This document shows positions 5,383-6,503 of a DNA stretch of 6,503 bases, one piece after another. Source of the stretch: a virus. The DNA is taken from positions 1 to 6,503 of the IMG/VR virus record IMGVR_UViG_3300022758_000002. The stretch is one strand, 5' to 3'. The notes under the pieces are model-generated. The model searched no databases, was not told the DNA's origin, and saw nothing but the letters and a program-made list of their open reading frames with translations. A program made the translations under genes and the position numbers. How positions within the stretch are numbered: position 1 is the first letter of the stretch; every line of letters starts with the position of its first letter.

Positions 5383-5702
5383 TAATCTTTAACAGGGTGC
5401 GCCTTTTTATCCGCTTTTTGCGCTTTCAAGATTCTACCTTGACAATCACGGGACAATTCCCACATAGAACACATATCAGCATCTCTGCGAAAAATAGGAT
5501 CGATAGACCAGTCAGTCTTAGAAGAAGAAGAACCATCGAGAAATGATTTCTCATTCGGCAGACTAACTGCGATACCTCGATCGGTAAGTTCCTGAACTTG
5601 TTTAGGCGTCATAGCAAGATTCGGTTTAGTAACCAACTCTAAACTATCAACAACCTTACAATTAACAAGATTCAATTGAGCAACAAGTTTTCTCTTTGCC
5701 AT
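5382..5702 (-). CDS. 106-aa protein in the VP1-VP2 interval. It is possibly the internal scaffolding (VP3-position) protein, but function is uncertain.
   Basis: ATG is at 5702-5700. The stop TAA (5384-5382) overlaps the VP2 ATG as TAATG. It shares strand and T-ending codon style with the core genes. It has a basic N-terminus (MAKRKL) and a segment, AMTPKQVQELTDRGIAVSLP, that loosely recalls the SLTQQSFKDECDIN..G block of gokushovirus VP3 scaffolds. I cannot verify that similarity without a profile search. Confidence 0.75.
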   Translation of the reverse strand: MAKRKLVAQLNLVNCKVVDSLELVTKPNLAMTPKQVQELTDRGIAVSLPNEKSFLDGSSSSKTDWSIDPIFRRDADMCSMWELSRDCQGRILKAQKADKKAHPVKD

Positions 5703-5759
5703 AATATAATTAAATTAAAGTATTTTTAAATTTCCGCTTCGCTCACGACTCTCCGAGGG

Positions 5760-5775
5760 CGAACAACGTTGTTCG
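5760..5775. repeat. Perfect 16-bp palindrome cgaacaacgttgttcg
   Basis: cgaacaac / gttgttcg is exactly self-complementary. It lies in the 213-nt non-coding region downstream of VP1. Confidence 0.9.
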
Positions 5776-5781
5776 ATCCCG

Positions 5782-5799
5782 CAAGCTATCGTTAGCTTG
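5782..5799. repeat. Hairpin with a 7-bp stem, caagcta (5782-5788) / tagcttg (5793-5799), and a 4-nt loop tcgt
   Basis: This is a direct reading of the inverted repeat, 6 nt after the 16-bp palindrome. Confidence 0.85.
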
Positions 5800-5889
5800 A
5801 CCACGGAAGAGTAATTTTAGAATGATAAGGACAAACGGACACGATTTGCGACTACCGTCGTGGACTGACATTTGCACGCACACGTAAAT

Positions 5890-5900
5890 CGCGCGCGCGC
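5890..5900. repeat. Alternating CG tract cgcgcgcgcgc (11 nt)
   Basis: It is self-complementary and alternates pyrimidine and purine. That is conspicuous in an otherwise AT-rich genome. It lies 16 nt from the VP1 stop codon. Confidence 0.9.
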
Positions 5901-5915
5901 ATAGTCAGCAACATA

Positions 5916-6503
5916 CTAATCCAAACGAGGAATAGCAACACGAGAGATAGGTAACTTAACTTGACAGTCAAAATAAATTTGTCCGTAAATCTTATCGGTC
6001 AATTCAGTACCATCGTCAGCTTGTGTGACAGCAAACACATCAGTAACCTGAGCCGGATCAATAACCAAGAACGACTTAGACAACTGAGGCTTTTCGTTGA
6101 AAACACGATGCATCAAGAAGTTACTTAAATTCGTTCTGAACAAGCCGTGTGCGGAGTCATATTTCTGAACATATTCATACCAAGGACGATTATAGCCAAA
6201 CGTCTCAGTCAAACTTTCGGGATCTTGATTATAAGACTGAATAGGGCAAACTTCTTTGTACAATATCGGTTGGAAACCAATATGGTTAAATTCAGGCTGG
6301 TAATGATCAAGCAAACCACGATAAGTAAAGTGTTTCGGTAACAGCTGAGTATACACAGGCGTAGGAGTAATAATCAAAACACCCATAACGATGGATTCTT
6401 CATCGCAGAAACACTCAATAGTCTGATTAGAATCACCACGAACACCAGCAATACCACTTTGAGAACCAAGAGCACCAGCATATGTTTCAGCACCTTTAAC
6501 GAG
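5916..6503 (-). CDS. VP1: Major capsid protein VP1, C-terminal part. The unique portion is 5916..6376. Bases 6377..6503 duplicate 1..127.
   Basis: This is the same frame as the 1..1981 ORF once 1 is mapped to 6377 (6386-6377 = 9, in frame). The stop TAG is at 5918-5916. The track ORF beginning MGVLIITPT is an internal Met. The sequence just upstream reads ...DSNQTIECFCDEESIVMGV across the junction. The C-terminal text ...RPWYEYVQKYDSAHGLFRTNLSNFLMHRVF... is typical of microvirus capsid C-termini. Total joined length is 2442 nt, giving 813 aa. Confidence 0.93.
   Translation of the reverse strand, partial: LVKGAETYAGALGSQSGIAGVRGDSNQTIECFCDEESIVMGVLIITPTPVYTQLLPKHFTYRGLLDHYQPEFNHIGFQPILYKEVCPIQSYNQDPESLTETFGYNRPWYEYVQKYDSAHGLFRTNLSNFLMHRVFNEKPQLSKSFLVIDPAQVTDVFAVTQADDGTELTDKIYGQIYFDCQVKLPISRVAIPRLD
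6377..6503. repeat. Right copy of the 127-nt terminal direct repeat, a circular-genome overlap
   Basis: Identical to 1-127. The offset of 6376 gives the unit genome length. Confidence 0.97.

Noticed and set aside
5771-5779. gttcgatcc, which resembles a tRNA T-loop (GTTCGAATCC-like), raising the possibility of a tRNA in the VP1-downstream region
   Set aside because: The flanking bases cannot form a 5-bp T-stem (cgttg versus ccgca). I could build no acceptor, D or anticodon arms on either strand. The motif is simply the right half of the 16-bp palindrome.
1-6503. CRISPR arrays, IS or transposon ends, integrase or recombinase genes, toxin-antitoxin or defence cassettes
   Set aside because: There are no spaced direct repeats. 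The only long repeat is the 127-nt circularisation overlap. No ORF has transposase, integrase or nuclease-defence motifs. The coding capacity is fully accounted for by the microvirus core genes plus four small ORFs.

Overview
The window holds one complete, circularly permuted ssDNA phage genome of the family Microviridae. Bases 1-127 are identical to bases 6377-6503, so the unit genome is a 6376-nt circle. The window was cut inside the major capsid gene.

All credible genes lie on the - strand, which makes the window complement the mRNA-sense, packaged viral strand. Reading that strand, the gene order is:
- VP1 major capsid protein, 813 aa, join 1981..1 with 6376..5916
- a 213-nt structured non-coding region
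- a 106-aa ORF in the scaffold (VP3) position
- VP2 DNA-pilot/minor capsid protein, 291 aa
- a hairpin plus T-run terminator
- a 135-nt region carrying a phiX174-origin-like nonamer
- VP4 HUH replication initiator, 459 aa
- four small ORFs of 122, 57, 58 and 65-67 aa with no recognisable family, the last with an N-terminal transmembrane or lipoprotein-signal segment
- back to VP1

Two of the small ORFs (57 and 58 aa) and the edge-truncated VP1 N-terminal part (1..1981) are missing from the supplied ORF track. I found them by hand translation.

The large VP1 and VP4, the near absence of Shine-Dalgarno sequences, and AT-rich leaders suggest a Bacteroidota-associated, Alpavirinae-like microvirus rather than a phiX-like one.

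I found no rRNA, tRNA, CRISPR array, transposase or integrase.

All family assignments rest on motifs recalled from memory, not on a database search. The most checkable open questions are the origin-like motif, the structured region after VP1, the candidate lysis ORF, and the unassigned small-ORF module.
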